Source of the DNA: Eledone cirrhosa | Taxonomy: Eukaryota | Assembly: GCA_964016885.1 (NCBI GenBank) | Contig: OZ024741.1 | Location: forward strand, 336,102,001-336,166,000 | Direction of reading: 5' to 3' | Length of the DNA: 64,000 bases | In this document: one piece after another, positions 39,056 to 52,259 of the stretch | Layout: every line of letters begins with the position of its first letter | Position numbering within the stretch: the first letter of the stretch is position 1 | The notes under the pieces: generated by a model | Database searches by the model: none | What the model was told of the DNA's origin: nothing | The model's input: only the letters and a program-made list of their open reading frames with translations | Position numbers and translations under genes: made by a program

Positions 39056-41898
39056 TCAGGTGTAGTTTTGGCGTATTTCGGGAAGCACGAGTGTCTTAAA
39101 GGATGCAGTGTCTCGGCAGCTAACAATTGACGCAGGCAGTTTGTTCCATGCTTCAGCAACTCTGAGCGTGAAAAAATGTCTACGAAAGTCATGGGAGCTG
39201 TGCTGTTTTCTGATCTTGTAGGCATGTCCACGTGTGTTAGACACATGGAGATCAAAGAGGCGCTCAGGGTTGCAATTGGCGAGATGGTTAAAAACTTTGT
39301 GGGTATTCACCAAGTCCATTGCCAGACGTCGGAGCCTCAATGAATCCATGCCCAGGGAAGTAAAGCTTTCAGAGTATGGTAGGTGTCTGATGGAGGGTAT
39401 GCGCTTGGTTGCACGTCTCTGAACAGTTTCCAGGAGGTCAATGTTCTGAGCAAGATAGGGGTTCCAGACTGATGATGCGAATTCCAAGTGTGGTCGTACC
39501 ATAGCTGTATACAGTTTTAAATAGATGGCTGGAGAGCAGCTAACAAAGGTCTTGCTGAGTGATACCAAGACACCCTCGGCCTTCTTGACAATCTTAGCGA
39601 CATGCTTTGTCCAACACAAATCGTTGCTGACAGTAATGCCCAGGTCACGTTCACAAGAGGACTTTTTGATATCAGTGTTGTGGAGGGAGTATGTGGACGC
39701 TGGATTTTTCCTTCCAAAATGCATGGTGGTACACTTGTCCACAGCCAGCTTCAGTTGCCAGTCTGTGATCCATTGCTGCATTGTGTCCATGTCTGATTGT
39801 AGGAAAGAGTTGTAAATTTCAGGATCAGTCCTTTTGATTTCAAGGTACAGCTTGATGTCATCTGCATATTTTAGTACCGTGGCATTCTGTAAGTTGGCAT
39901 CTATGTCATTAATATATGCCACAAACAAAAGAGGACCAAGAACAGATCCCTGTGGTACACCAGATGACATCTCATATGGTGAAGAATGCTGTCCTAGAAC
40001 CGTGACTACTTCTTTTCGGCTGAGAATGAAGGATTTCAACCAGTCGAAAAGATCATCCCTCACACCCATTGCAGAGAGTTTTGCCATAAGTCTTTTGTGT
40101 GGCACAGAATTAAAAGCCTTAGCAAAGTCAAGGTAAACAACATCCACCCATGAGCCGCTGTCAGTGATCCGGGTGATGTCCTCAAGGAACTCGATAAGCT
40201 GATCACAGCAGCTGGAGTTAGGGATAAATCCAAACTGTGAGGGCCGGATGAGGCTGTGAGAGCTCCAGAAGTTCCAAAGTGTTTCTCTGACACAGGATTC
40301 CATCAGTTTGGCCATACAGCTAGTAAGACTGACTGGACGATAGTTGACAGGTGACATGCGGTTGCCCTTTTTGAACAGGGGAATGACACTGACAGTTTTC
40401 CACTGCTCCGGAGTAGCACCATTGTTGAGACAGTATTGAAAGAAGAAAGAAAGCTGGCGCAAAAGGAAATACCCGCCACGTTTGAGAAGCAGGTATGTCA
40501 CACCATCAAGACCAGGGGAGGCATAGTTGCGCTTATTCTTAAGGTGACGTCGCAACATTGCAGGTGTAAATTCCATAGTTGTTATGGAATTTGATGTTAG
40601 AGATGGTGGAGATGGTACATTCTGGTTTTCAACAGTAAAAATACTTGCATAGCACTCAGCAATGAGTTCTGCGCATTCCTTGGGATCGTCAGTGATCTGG
40701 CTTGTGTGGGGATTGCGAAGAGGACCAACTGGAGAGTGAGGTCTCTGCTTTGAATGAACATATTTCCAGAACACCTTACTGTCAGGATTGGTTGCGATGC
40801 ACTGTTCAAATTCAAGCACTGCCTTCTTTGTCACTTGCTTGAGATGGTTAGAAGATTTATTCCGCTTTTTTCTGTTGGCATCTGATTTATGCAGTTTATA
40901 TTCCCGTTCAGCGTTCCAACGTTCTTTCCTGGCAAGTCGGACCGCTGAAGTTTCCCAGATTGCACTTTTGGGGTGGTTATTTTTCCGCTTCCGTGGCACT
41001 GATGCTGCACACGCTATCCATATTGAGTCCAGGATGCTCTGGAGTATAGAGTTCACATCTCCAGAGTTATACATCTCATGCCAGTTTGGGCGCTGTAGCT
41101 CAGTGCAGTACAAGTTCCAATCCGCCCTCTTCCAATCAAAGCAAGCAGATTGGAGATGGCTCTGGTTTTTGTTGCTGCCCTCAAGTGCCAGATTGGCAAT
41201 GATCATAGCATGATCAGAGTCGCCTAGAGGTTCCTCAGTAGTACAACTGATAACCACTTCAGGAGTAGTGGTGAAGATCAGGTCCAAAGTGTTGTCACCT
41301 CTTGTTGGAGAGGTGACTACTTGTGACCAGTTTGAGTCCAGCACTAGTTCAAGGAAATCGTTTGCACCTTGTGGCCAATGAAAGGTTTCCCAATCGATCT
41401 CAGGATGATTGAAGTCACCTGCAATAAACACATAAGTGGCTGTTTTCTTGGCAGCAACTCTGAGGATATCGCAAAGCTGTGTGTCCTGATGGTAGTTTGG
41501 GGGGCGATAAACAACACCAAGCAGAAGTGTTGACATGGTCATACGTATGTCACAGAAAAAAACTTCTTCCTGTGATTCGTTCAAATCAACGCAAGGAATT
41601 ACCGAAAAGTTTGAACGAACGTAGACCATCACACCACCACCACCACCACGGTGGTTAATGCGGTCCTTGCGGAAAAGGTTGTACCCAGTAATGCTGAAAA
41701 CCCCATCACAGAGTAAGGAATGTGCCCATGTTTCCGTGACGTGACTGTGATGAAGTCAGGGTCGATGCTTCTGACGTAGGATTCGAACAGATGTATCTTG
41801 TTGCATAAACTGCGAGCATTTAAGGACAACAATTTGTACCCTGCTCGCAGTTTATGATGGTGTGTAGAGGGTGGCAGGTTGTTCTGGTTTAGTTTCCC
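39056..41898 (-). pseudogene. CR1 ORF2 (AP endonuclease + reverse transcriptase), one frameshift
   Basis: LNARS, VTETW (split by a 5-bp duplication gtcacgtcac at ~41736-41745), GDFN, SDH, YRPVSLTS, YLDFAKAF, GVPQGSVLGP, YADD, RPHLEF. Confidence 0.9.
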
Positions 41899-43304
41899 AG
41901 AGTTGTAGCAGTTTTTACATTGCCAGTTATTGTGGGTAGATCACACTCAGACCAGCTGGTATCTCTCTTCCACTTTTCACCAGCCTTGACAAACCTCCAG
42001 ATCTGCCCATCATCACGCAGACTAAAACTTTCATCTTGTGCTGAGTTCCGATTCAAGGAAGCTGCAGCACGTAGCTTTGGACGTACATGGGGTGGTAGGC
42101 CTGGGCGTGTTCAGAAGGTAATCCGATTTTCACGCCCAGCTTTAGCAGAGGCCAGATGATATGAGGTTGCCTCTGCGGGGTCCGAAAAAGACAGCCTGAT
42201 GAGTCTGGGTTTTGGACCAGGTCGACCAAGGTGGAGAGCACCCTTTGGGGGAACACAGCCGAGGTCTTTGGCTGAGCTGGCAGCAAATGCCTGAAGATCA
42301 GCCTTGTCCTCTGGTACCCCAATGACAATCACTTCATGGGTAGCAGATTCCGCAGTCTTTTCAGCAAGAGGTACAGGGAGATTCTTTAGCAAGGCATTCC
42401 GATAAGACCCCTCATTGTGGGGTCCTACCCGAATGCTTGCCTCTATTCCTGCAACTTCCCTTCTCAGAGCAGAAATCATTAGTTGCAGTTCCGCAAAATC
42501 TGTACTGGTCGGTTGTTGTTGTTGTTGTTGTTGCTGCTGTCGTTGTTGGTGATGATGATGTTCCTCCACGGGAATGGCAGGGGAGGACACAGTCGCAGGT
42601 TGTTGTTGTTGTTGGTGATGATGATGATGTTCCTCCACGGGAATGGTAGGGGAAGACACAGTCACCAGTTGTTGGTGTCGAGATGTACTGGGAGTGGAAG
42701 ACATGGGTTGTTGTTGTTTCTGATGTTCTCCCACAGGAACAGCAGTAGAAGCCAGTGTCATATGTTTTTGCCGTTGTTCAGTAACAATGGTAGAGGAAGA
42801 CACAGTCATTGCTTTTTGTTGTTGTTGTTGTTTTTCAATAACATTAGTGGAGGCAGGCACACAGGCCAGACACTGAAAGGACCAGGATTTTAGCTGGACC
42901 ATCTCCCATATTCCATCCATCATAGCATTATGATGTCTCTTTTTTGGGCCTGGCATCCTCCGGAAGCCTGTGGCGCATTGAAGGCAGACAGAGATGCGAC
43001 AGGTTCCACATTCGACCCAGCGATTACGGAACGAGTTTTCGGGTTCCGCACAGATATGGCAGATGTGATTTTCTGGGCAATGTTCTATTTTGGGACATCG
43101 GCCGGTTTTGTCGCATATTTCAACGATGGATATCACCATGGCAATTTTGTTATTTCTACCCATCCGTAGAAAAACACAGAATGTAAACAATATAGGTTTA
43201 GCGCACTTGATTACGATAGAAATAAAATGTCTGTTTTTTTGTGTATTTTGTTTCCGTTTTCCTAAATGTTGTGTGTGTGTAGAAGAGTCTGTGCATGTAA
43301 ACAA
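41889..43304 (-). pseudogene. CR1 ORF1 (PHD-like finger, Q/H-rich repeats, coiled coil, RRM-like), one premature stop
   Basis: 397-aa ORF whose frame stays open past the TGA at 42111-42113 (...ITF*TRPGLPPHVRPKL...TTLGN*) to the TAA at 41889; true start uncertain (possibly MGRNNK). Confidence 0.8.
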
Positions 43305-43925
43305 ATAAATATGCTGTGTAAGTTAAATGAAACGTACTGTAGAAGGCAGTTGTTTATTAACAGCGAAATAACGTTTTTTTTCCTCCTGATACTGCTTCTT
43401 TATAATAAACTTTCAATAATATTTTTTTTTTCCAAATTATTAACTTTCAGCTACTAGTATATATATATAATTAAAAGGTGTATGTGGGTTAGAAGCGAAG
43501 TCAATGTTAAGAAATATTTTACCAATGTAAATTGGTAAAATTGGCCGGTATAGTGTCTCACACGAAATAGTGTGGTTTCTTTTCACGTGTGTGTATATGC
43601 ATATGGTATGTATCTGTATATAAATATGTGTTATATTGTTGTTTATATGTTTTGTGGAGTACTTACTGCGATCCTTAAGGAATGTAGTGATTTGTTTTGT
43701 TTTTTTCCTTTTTTCCCGTCCATGTCCACACGTGGTTTGTTGGCGAAAATCAAGTCAAATTATATATACTTCGTTAAGATAATTCTATCTTGAAACTGGT
43801 ACTATTTGTCAGGGAACAGTCAAAGTAGTTGTAATAATGAATATTGTAATCCATCTGACATGTGTTTAAAGGGCAGTTTTGGGTGAAAATATTATATTTT
43901 GTTTGGTCAAGACGTGATCAAGCGA

Positions 43926-44359
43926 CCTTCCTTGTTGCCATTTTTATAATATATAACAATACACTGGGTTGTATGTACAATATTTATTTACGAAGATTGA
44001 GCTGCGTAGAGCTGAAGAGCTGACATGCCAAGAGAGATGAAACAACAAATTAAGGAATACAGGAGGCACGGGCTACTGGCGGAAATGTTGCCAGGCCGTG
44101 GTTAAGTTGTTGTGTTACATGTTGGCTAGTGGGTTCACGACGAAAGAAAGTTAGTTGTTTATCTTTTCACAGTCAGGAATGGAGAGAGTATACCTTCGGC
44201 GGAACGCGCCTGGCCGAAGGCCAGCAGCCAAATGGTGAAAAGAGAGGGAGATAGCTTTCAGCTCTCTCTTTTATAGTTCCCTGGATGGAAGTCACAAAGA
44301 AGGTTCTGTAACCTCAACGGGAAGTAACTCCAGCTACTTCCTGTCTAGAGAGCACTACA
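43926..44359 (-). mobile_element. Gypsy-like LTR with degenerate PBS
   Basis: Minus strand begins TGTAGT, has ctataaaag and an aataaa signal, and is followed by tggcaacaaggaagg, resembling the tggcgacgaggatgg-type PBS. Confidence 0.6.
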
Positions 44360-44407
44360 TATATATAAATGAAAAATGGCATGCTGTGTTGTTGCATGTG
44401 ATTACAT

Positions 44408-44782
44408 ATGAATAAAAATTAGAAAGAGAAGCCAGGACTATCCATCATCAGACTAGCCATCATAGGTATTTCTTCGCATTAAAGATCATATACCACAGGC
44501 TAGCACGAACAATAACTAAAATAATGTATTGGGATAAAAAGAATTGAGTGGAGAAAGAGAGACAGGTAAATAAACAAGAATGGTGAGGCAACGTAAAGAG
44601 AGGAAAAAATGAGAAAATCAAGTCAGTGATTCATGTGAACATAAGAACTTACGAATCATTGACAAGAAGACGAAAGACATTTTGACCGTGCGAAAAGTGA
44701 GCGAGATAAGAATTTCACACGTTTGTCCGACACCATGTGAAATTCTTATCTCGCTCACTTTTCGCACGGTCAAGATGTCTTT
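44408..44782. repeat. Asymmetric fold-back element
   Basis: Arms 44673-44719 and 44736-44782; the long arm is homologous to 26397-26710. Confidence 0.75.
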
Positions 44783-44804
44783 ATATATGTATGTGTGTGT
44801 GTGT

Positions 44805-47457
44805 ATCATCATCATCATCATCATCATCATCACCGTTTAACGTCCGTGTTCCACGCTTGCATGGGTTTGGACGGGGGTAGTCCCACTTGAGGCAAGAGTG
44901 ATTGTCTTGCTCGCATAGGACTGTCTGGCAGGTTTTCTACAGTTGGATGCCCTTCCTAACACCAACCACATTTACAGTGTGGGGCTGGGAGGTTTTTACC
45001 GTGTTGCCTACACGGCCACATTACAGCGTGGACTGTGTGTTTTTTTGTCGTGACACCTACACGATCTCATTTGTTTCGGCCTGGATGGCGTGGCACCAAC
45101 ATAACTTTACATAGAACGGGGTGGTGTGGATGGTGTGGGGGACGGGGGTGTGTGTGTATTTTGTTAGAGATGCCTACTGGCTGTAGTAGGTTTTACTATG
45201 TATTTAGGTAAGGCGGGTCTTCTCTGTTACTGAGTACCGCCAAAGGTCGCGGTCCAGTGACATTGTCTTGGAGAGGTGTAAGTGTGTGAGGTCGGAGTTT
45301 ATCAGCTCGTCCCAGGTTTTTCTAGGTCTGCCTATTCCGTGGCTACCGTCTATCTTTATTGCCCTGCACTTTGTTATACAGCTATCGACTTTCATGCGCA
45401 TCACGTGTCCATACCAACGTAGCCTTCTCTCGAGTAAACAACATCTGATCCCTCTTATTTCTAATTTTTTCCTTAGTTCGTTTATGCTTTGCCGTTCACG
45501 TATATTACTGTTACACATCCAGCGGAGCATGCAAGCTTTGTTCCTCTCTAGTCTGCGTATATCCTCTGCACACAATGCCCAGGTCTCACTGCCATGCAAC
45601 ATTGCTGTTCATATGCAGGCATCGTACAACCTGCCTTTCATTTTTAGGGAGAACCCTTTAGCAGCTAATAGTGGTATAAGCTCTCTGAACTTTTTCCAAC
45701 CAGTTCTGACTCTAGCTACTGTACTTTCAGAGCACCCTCCCCCACTGCTGATTTTATCGCCCAGGTAACGGAAGCTGTCCACTATTTCTATAGAACCCTC
45801 TGCGCAATTGAAAGAGCTAGTATTTAGTGGGCACTTGCTGCTACTTATTGCACCAGAGCACCGGCCACATGTAAAATCTATGTTCTTAGTTAGCTTACCT
45901 GTGATCCCACTACATCTTTTATGCACCCATACTTTGCATTTAGGACATAAAATGGAGTTTCTACCTACGCCTTTCCTACACACCGAGCACGACCATTTCC
46001 CAGAAGGGACCGCCGTCTTATTTTCTTTCCTACAAACTAGAACTTTAGTCTTAGCCAGGTTAATTTTAAGTCCTTTTGATTCTAGGCCGTGCTTCCATGT
46101 TTGGAATTTCTTCTCTAGCCCGGCCATTGATTCCGCTATGAGTGTCAGGTCGTCTGCGTATAGGAGTTCCCATGGGCAGCTGGTCTTGAACTCCTCTGTT
46201 ATAGCCTGAAGGGCAATAATAAATAGTAGGGGGATGAGAACAGAGCCCTGATGGACGCCAACTTTTACGCTAAACTCTTCACTATATTCGTTGTTAATTC
46301 TAACCTTGCTGACTGTTTCTTTATACATGGCTTGTATAGCCCTCACAAGCCATTCGTCAACGCCTAGTTTTCTAAGAGCCCACCAGATAATGGAGCGGGG
46401 GACTCTGTCGAAGGCTTTCTCCAAGTCGACAAAAGCTAAGTAGAGGGGTTTACCTTTAGCTAGGTACTTCTCCTGTAGTTGTCGTACAATGAAAAGAGCG
46501 TCTGTGGTACTTTTGCCTGACACAAACCCGAACTGCATTTCATCTAGGTCAATTCTCTTTCTAATTAGTTGCGCTATTACTTTTTCCGTGACCTTCATGA
46601 CCTGGTCGATTAATTTAATGCCTCTATAGTTACTCCTATCTAGGGCGTCTCCTTTACCCTTATAACAGTTAACGATGATGCTGCTATGCCAGTCCTTCGG
46701 AACAACCCCATTCTGTATGACTTGGTTAACTATGCGGGTGACCATGGTGTGTCCCACCGTGCCAGATGCCTTCAGCATCTCAGCAACTATTTCCGAAGGC
46801 CCAGCCGCCTTACCCGTCTTCATATCCTTGATTGCCTTACTTATTATACTCCCCTCGACTAACACTGCTGGTCCCTCTATTGGGTCGATATGAGGGAGAT
46901 TGTCTTTCTCCCATTTATTCTCCTCATTTAGTAGCCTTTCATAGTGACACTTCCAAGCTACCTTCTTATCGGCGTCGGTGATGGCAAGTATGCCGTCATC
47001 GTTAAGTACACACTTCTCCCCGACAATATCACGGTTTTCCTTGACGCATTGCCTAGCAATCCTGAACACCTCACGTTTTTGGTCCTCATGTTGTAGAACA
47101 TGCTTGAACTTTCTTTCCTCTGCTTCCCTTCTTGCTAAGTACACTTGTCTCCTAGCTTCCCTCCTGGACACTTGATAGTGTTCTCCACTTCCCCCATCCC
47201 GCCATACTTTCCAAGCCTGCTTTTTGGCCTTAATTGACCCCTCCACCTTACTGTTCCACCACCATGTTACTCTCCTCCTGCCTACGGGCCTGCTCCAGCC
47301 ACTGACTTCGTCTGTCGCCATCAGCAGGTTTGCTTTCAGAAATTCCCACTGTCCCTCTATATTGTCCGACTCTAAATGTTCTTCCTTACTGTCGAAAGCA
47401 TCAAGTAATAAGCTTTGAAATTTATTTCTGGCTGTGGGGTCCTTTAGCTTCCATATG
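44805..47457 (-). mobile_element. RTE subfamily B LINE, 5'-truncated, young
   Basis: Long ORF 45609-47457 plus 45204-45602 in the same frame, separated by one stop; RT, PHD finger, 3'UTR and (ATG)n tail. Confidence 0.95.
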
Positions 47458-47800
47458 TGAATGGGCCTACTCTGAGTATGTGCCTGTAAATTGAAGGTGG
47501 AAAACTGGGAGAGGGCACTTGCCCTGGTGGTCAGAGTCACTGTGACTTTTTTTAATGGGTTTTCTCCACGATGGCCCTCGGAAGTCTCCCTCCTATTGGG
47601 GAATTTTTTATTGTTTCTTTTTTGTTACATCCTCTGTTTTTGTTTTTTTTACACGTAGAAATGCCCATTTGTACCGTCCTGTATTGTCCTGTACTGTCCT
47701 TAATGTCTACTTTGTGTAAACCCTTGTGGTTAATAAAGAAAGCATTATTATAAACAATTATTATTATTATTATTTCTACTTTTATTATTATTATTTTGCT
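47458..47800 (+). mobile_element. 3' end of an unrelated LINE-like element (L1/Tx1-like?)
   Basis: T-rich 3'UTR ending in aataaag and (att)n; lies head-to-head with the RTE; class assignment is weak. Confidence 0.35.
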
Positions 47801-48062
47801 ATTCTCCCAAAGAACTGGGATCACAAATTCAGTTTTGATAATTCTCCCTGCTGGAAGCCATTACACTTCGTTTAGATTGTTCCTAATTGATATAATGTCT
47901 CTTCTCAAACAACCTATTTTCCTTACACTACCTTATTACAATATTACATTATCTGTCTTATATTAGCATTGTTTCCTACTTTTCTACTTTCACTTTCCTC
48001 ACAAATGGCCTCTCATATTTTATTTTATTTTATTTTGTTTTTGTATTTGTATTTGTATTTTT

Positions 48063-48107
<45 letters not shown>

Positions 48108-48399
48108 ATTTATTTATTTTTTTTTACATATTTTGTATGCATAATGTCTAATGTCACAGTAATATAATTTTAAGAGTATGTGGCATAGTATGTCATTAAC
48201 TTAGACCAAGAGTTATATAGTCCAGAGGGAGGCTGCTGTGTTGCTGTGTAATATGTGCTGATGTATGTGCAGTGCATGTGGCTGTGTATTAATATATATG
48301 TGTGTATTTGTGTATATGTGAGATTGAGTGTGTGTGTGCATATGCTTTTATATATATATATATATGTGTGTATATTTATATACATTTATATATGTGTGA

Positions 48400-48445
<46 letters not shown>

Positions 48446-48893
48446 ATATATATATGTGTGTGTGTGTGGTATAGTGTGTTAACTTGAACCAATACTATTT
48501 TAGAGAGTTACATAGTCCAGAGGGATGGTGCTGTGTAATGTGTGCGTATGTATTTATACATATGTGAGTATATGCATGTGAGTATATGGATGTGAGTGTA
48601 CATACATGTATTTATGTATTTTTATAAAGTTTGAATATGTGTGATTGGCTGTGTGTAACATGTGCTTTGTATGTGCTTGTGTATTTATATGTGTATTTGT
48701 ATGTATGTATGTATGTATATATATATATATATGTGTGTGCATATATATATATGTGTGTGTGTATATATGTATGTATGTGTATGTGTGTATGTGTATATAT
48801 ATATGTATGTGTGTGTGTATATATATATGTGTGTGTGTGTGTATGTATGTATGTGTGTATATTATCTCTCTCTCTCTCTATATATATATCTAT

Positions 48894-48927
<34 letters not shown>

Positions 48928-49472
48928 GGATATATGCATATCTTTGTGTGTGTTTATATATATATTTGCATGTGTTTGTGTTCAAATCCCATGATAGTCA
49001 ACTTTGTTTTATGTCCTTTCAGGTATTAGTAAATTAAGTCCCTGTCTAGTACTAGGGTTGATTTTCTTCCACCAGTTTCTCACTCTCTCTCTCTTGCTCT
49101 CTAAAAAATAATGATAATTATAATAAATCATCAGTGACCATGACTGAAAAGCGATGGTTTCCACCACGTTTAAATGATCAAGACATGCCATATATTAGAA
49201 AAAGTTTATTACTATCAACATCAAGTAAAAGTTAATGGAGTATGTAATCATGAACACTTAAAATCTGGTGGATAGATGATTGTAATTTGGTCATAAATAA
49301 ATATATATATATATATATAAATATATACAAAAAAAGAACAACAATAACAAAAAATAAACAAAGATTATCAGGTCACTTACTTTTCGTTACCTCACAGTCC
49401 ATTTTGCATTGTTTAGCCTTCTATCTCTTTCAATGTTATATATTATATACAATGCTTCAAGCAAACTATACA

Positions 49473-49528
<56 letters not shown>

Positions 49529-51234
49529 AACACTATCTCATGGCTTGTCTTCTTTATTATTATTATTTTCGTTTTTTTACTTGAACTACTTTTTATTTCC
49601 TGTATCTATCCTTTGTGATCCTGTCTCTATTTTTGTACTCTTGAAGAAGAAGTAAAGCCCGTAACTTCAAACTTTCTTTACCTTTTTCCATATAAAGCAT
49701 GAAACTAATAAGACTTTTTGTATCTCTGTTTTGTTGGTTCCTTGAACTCATCATCATCATCATTGTTTAACGTCTAGCATATATAATCACTATCTTCATG
49801 TAATGTACTGGTGAAACATATACAGATAAACACCTTGTTGTATACACTCTAGTAAGACATATTATGCTTGATGTTATCCACCCACACTCTTCTCAACTCA
49901 CAATATAAATTCAGACAATCTTTATTATTTATTTCCTTATAAGGACAATGGATTGGCAGAATTGGTAGAACATTGGATAAAATGACATTGTGGTAATTGT
50001 TCTGGCTCTTTGCATTCTGAGTTCAAATTGCGCCAAGGTCAAATTTGCTTTTCATCCTTCTGGGTTTGATAAAATAAAGTATCAGTAAAGTACTGGGATT
50101 GATTTAATCAACTTTGCCTTTTCCCCCAAATTTGCTGGCCTTGTGTCTAAATGAAGAATATTTATCAGTTTTCCTATGAAGTGGATGCAGCTTGGCCAAA
50201 TGGGTCAAGACGTTTGCTTCGGTTCAATCCCATGGCATGCTATCACAGGCAAGTGTCATTTACCATAGCCTCAGATCAACCCATACCTTATGAGTGAACT
50301 CTAAGAAGTCTAAAGTCTGTCTCGAGATCGGAGGCTCCTCAGGCCGGTGCAAGACTTCCCCACTGGTCAGGAACCAGTCCATTACAGGGTTAAACCCCCA
50401 GCTATTGCTGATATTCATTTTCAATTAAGTATACTGGAACAATGGGAATATACTGGAGCAATGGAAAATGAAGTGTTTTGCTGAAGAACACAACACACAA
50501 TCTAGTCCAAGTATCAAACCCATGATGTTATGATCATAAGTCCAACATCCTTACCACTAGGCCACAGAATTGGTGTAGATGGAAAATGTTTGGAAGCCCA
50601 TTGGATAGACTTGTCCAGCCTCTTCCTACTCTGTGTCACACTGATTTTCCATGAGAATTATGTTATGGGTACACATGACTGTGAAATTCTCAGCCAGCCA
50701 CTTAAACATCAATTTCATGAGTAGGCTTTAACATTGATACAACAACTGAAACACTCACCATTGAAACAGATGGAGGTCCATCTCTGTTCCCTATGAAACA
50801 TCATTACTCTAATTGAAAATAGTAAGTAGTGTTGTTTTATGTTTTATAACAATGAGTTTTTCAGTCAACTGAATCTATCTATTAATTTCAATTCTCTGAT
50901 GAAGCTGCTCTCTGATGTGAATGGTAATCCTCTTCAGAAATATATATGAAGAATTTATCCTTCCCTTCCTTCTCCACCACCACCCCACGCCTGATCCTAC
51001 TTTACCCTAAAATCTGTTACATTGATTCTGATCTAAGAAATCATTATTATAATTGATTTAGTAGAACTGTATCAATGATCAGGTCATAGTTGTACAACTG
51101 GCAAACATTTTTGAGATACTTTATAGTTAGTTTACATTACTATCAACCCTTTCGGTGACAAACTACCTGAAACTGCCTCTCGACTTTATCATACAAAACT
51201 CTCCACTTCTTTTAAAACTATATATATATATATA

Positions 51235-51580
51235 CAATGATATTAAATAAATGGAAACTATATTTATAAAACCATATTTATTCTATTATATATATTTCAA
51301 GGGTACCAAAATCTTTGGTACGCTTTCATCAGATAAAATACAAAGTGTGTTTTATAAATTTTGACATAGCCAAGAAATATACCTTATCAGTTGAATTTTC
51401 CTTGGATATCCAAGGAAAATTCAACTGATAAGGTATATTCCTTGGCTATGTCAAAATTTATAAAACACACTTTGTATTTTATCTGATGAAAGCGTACCAA
51501 AGATTTTGGTACCCTTGAAATATATATAATAGAATAAATATGGTTTTATAAATATAGTTTCCATTTATTTAATATCATTG
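51235..51580. repeat. 346-bp spacerless palindrome carrying a hammerhead in each arm
   Basis: Centre gat|atc at 51407/51408; 173-bp arms with one mismatch seen; flanked by (TA)n. Confidence 0.9.
51475..51536 (+). ncRNA. Hammerhead ribozyme (mirror copy on the minus strand at ~51279-51340)
   Basis: tattttat CTGATGA AAG c GTACCAAA gat TTTGGTAC c CTT GAAA TATATA TA atagaata. Confidence 0.75.
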
Positions 51581-51601
51581 TATATATATATATATATATA
51601 T

Positions 51602-52195
51602 AAAGTGCAGGGCAATCAAAATTGATGGTAGTTACGGAGTAGGGAGACCCAGAAAAACCTGGGACGATCTGATAAATTCCGACCTTACACACTTGCACCT
51701 CTCGAAGACAATGTCACTGGACCGAGATCTTTGGCACTACGCAGTAATACAGAAGACCTTGCCTATGTACAAAGCGAAACCTTCAGTCAGTAGGCACTTC
51801 TTAACCAAATATACACCCCCAACCCACTACCCCTACCCTATCCTCCCACTCCCACCAACACCACCTTCTCTCTGTAAAGTTGGTACCACAACATCCAGTC
51901 CAAATAAATGAGATAATGAGATTCGAGATCGTCTAGGTGTCACGACGAAAAAAAAAAAAAAAAATACTCACAGTCCACGCTGTAATGTGGCCGTGTAGGT
52001 AACACGGTAAAAAGTTCCCAGTTCCACCCTGTAAATGTGGTTGGTGTTAGGAAGGGCATCCAGCCGTAGAAAGCCTGCCAGATAGTCCTATACGAGCGAG
52101 ACACGGTCACCCGACCAACCTTGCCTCAAGTGGCACAACTCCCGTCTAACCCATGCTAGCATGGAAGATGGACGTTAAACGATGATGATGATGAT
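51602..52195 (+). mobile_element. RTE-B-like 3' fragment with 3'UTR
   Basis: KCRAIKIDGSYGVGRPRKTW...; terminal stem-loop and (ATG)n. Confidence 0.85.
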
Positions 52196-52259
52196 ATATA
52201 TATATATTATTAAAACCTTCAATCAAGATTTTCTTTAAGAAATTTTTTGTTCCAAAGAT

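Larger units (their letters stand above)
38912..43460 (-). mobile_element. Near-complete CR1-group LINE (ORF1 + ORF2)
   Basis: ORF1 with PHD-like finger, coiled coil and RRM-like motifs; ORF2 APE + RT; (ATT)n tail; only two inactivating lesions seen; 5' boundary uncertain. Confidence 0.9.

Noticed and set aside
47458-47540. N-terminal extension MTLTTRASAL... of the 643-aa RTE ORF
   Set aside because: Derived from the antisense of an unrelated neighbouring element; chance in-frame fusion at the truncation point
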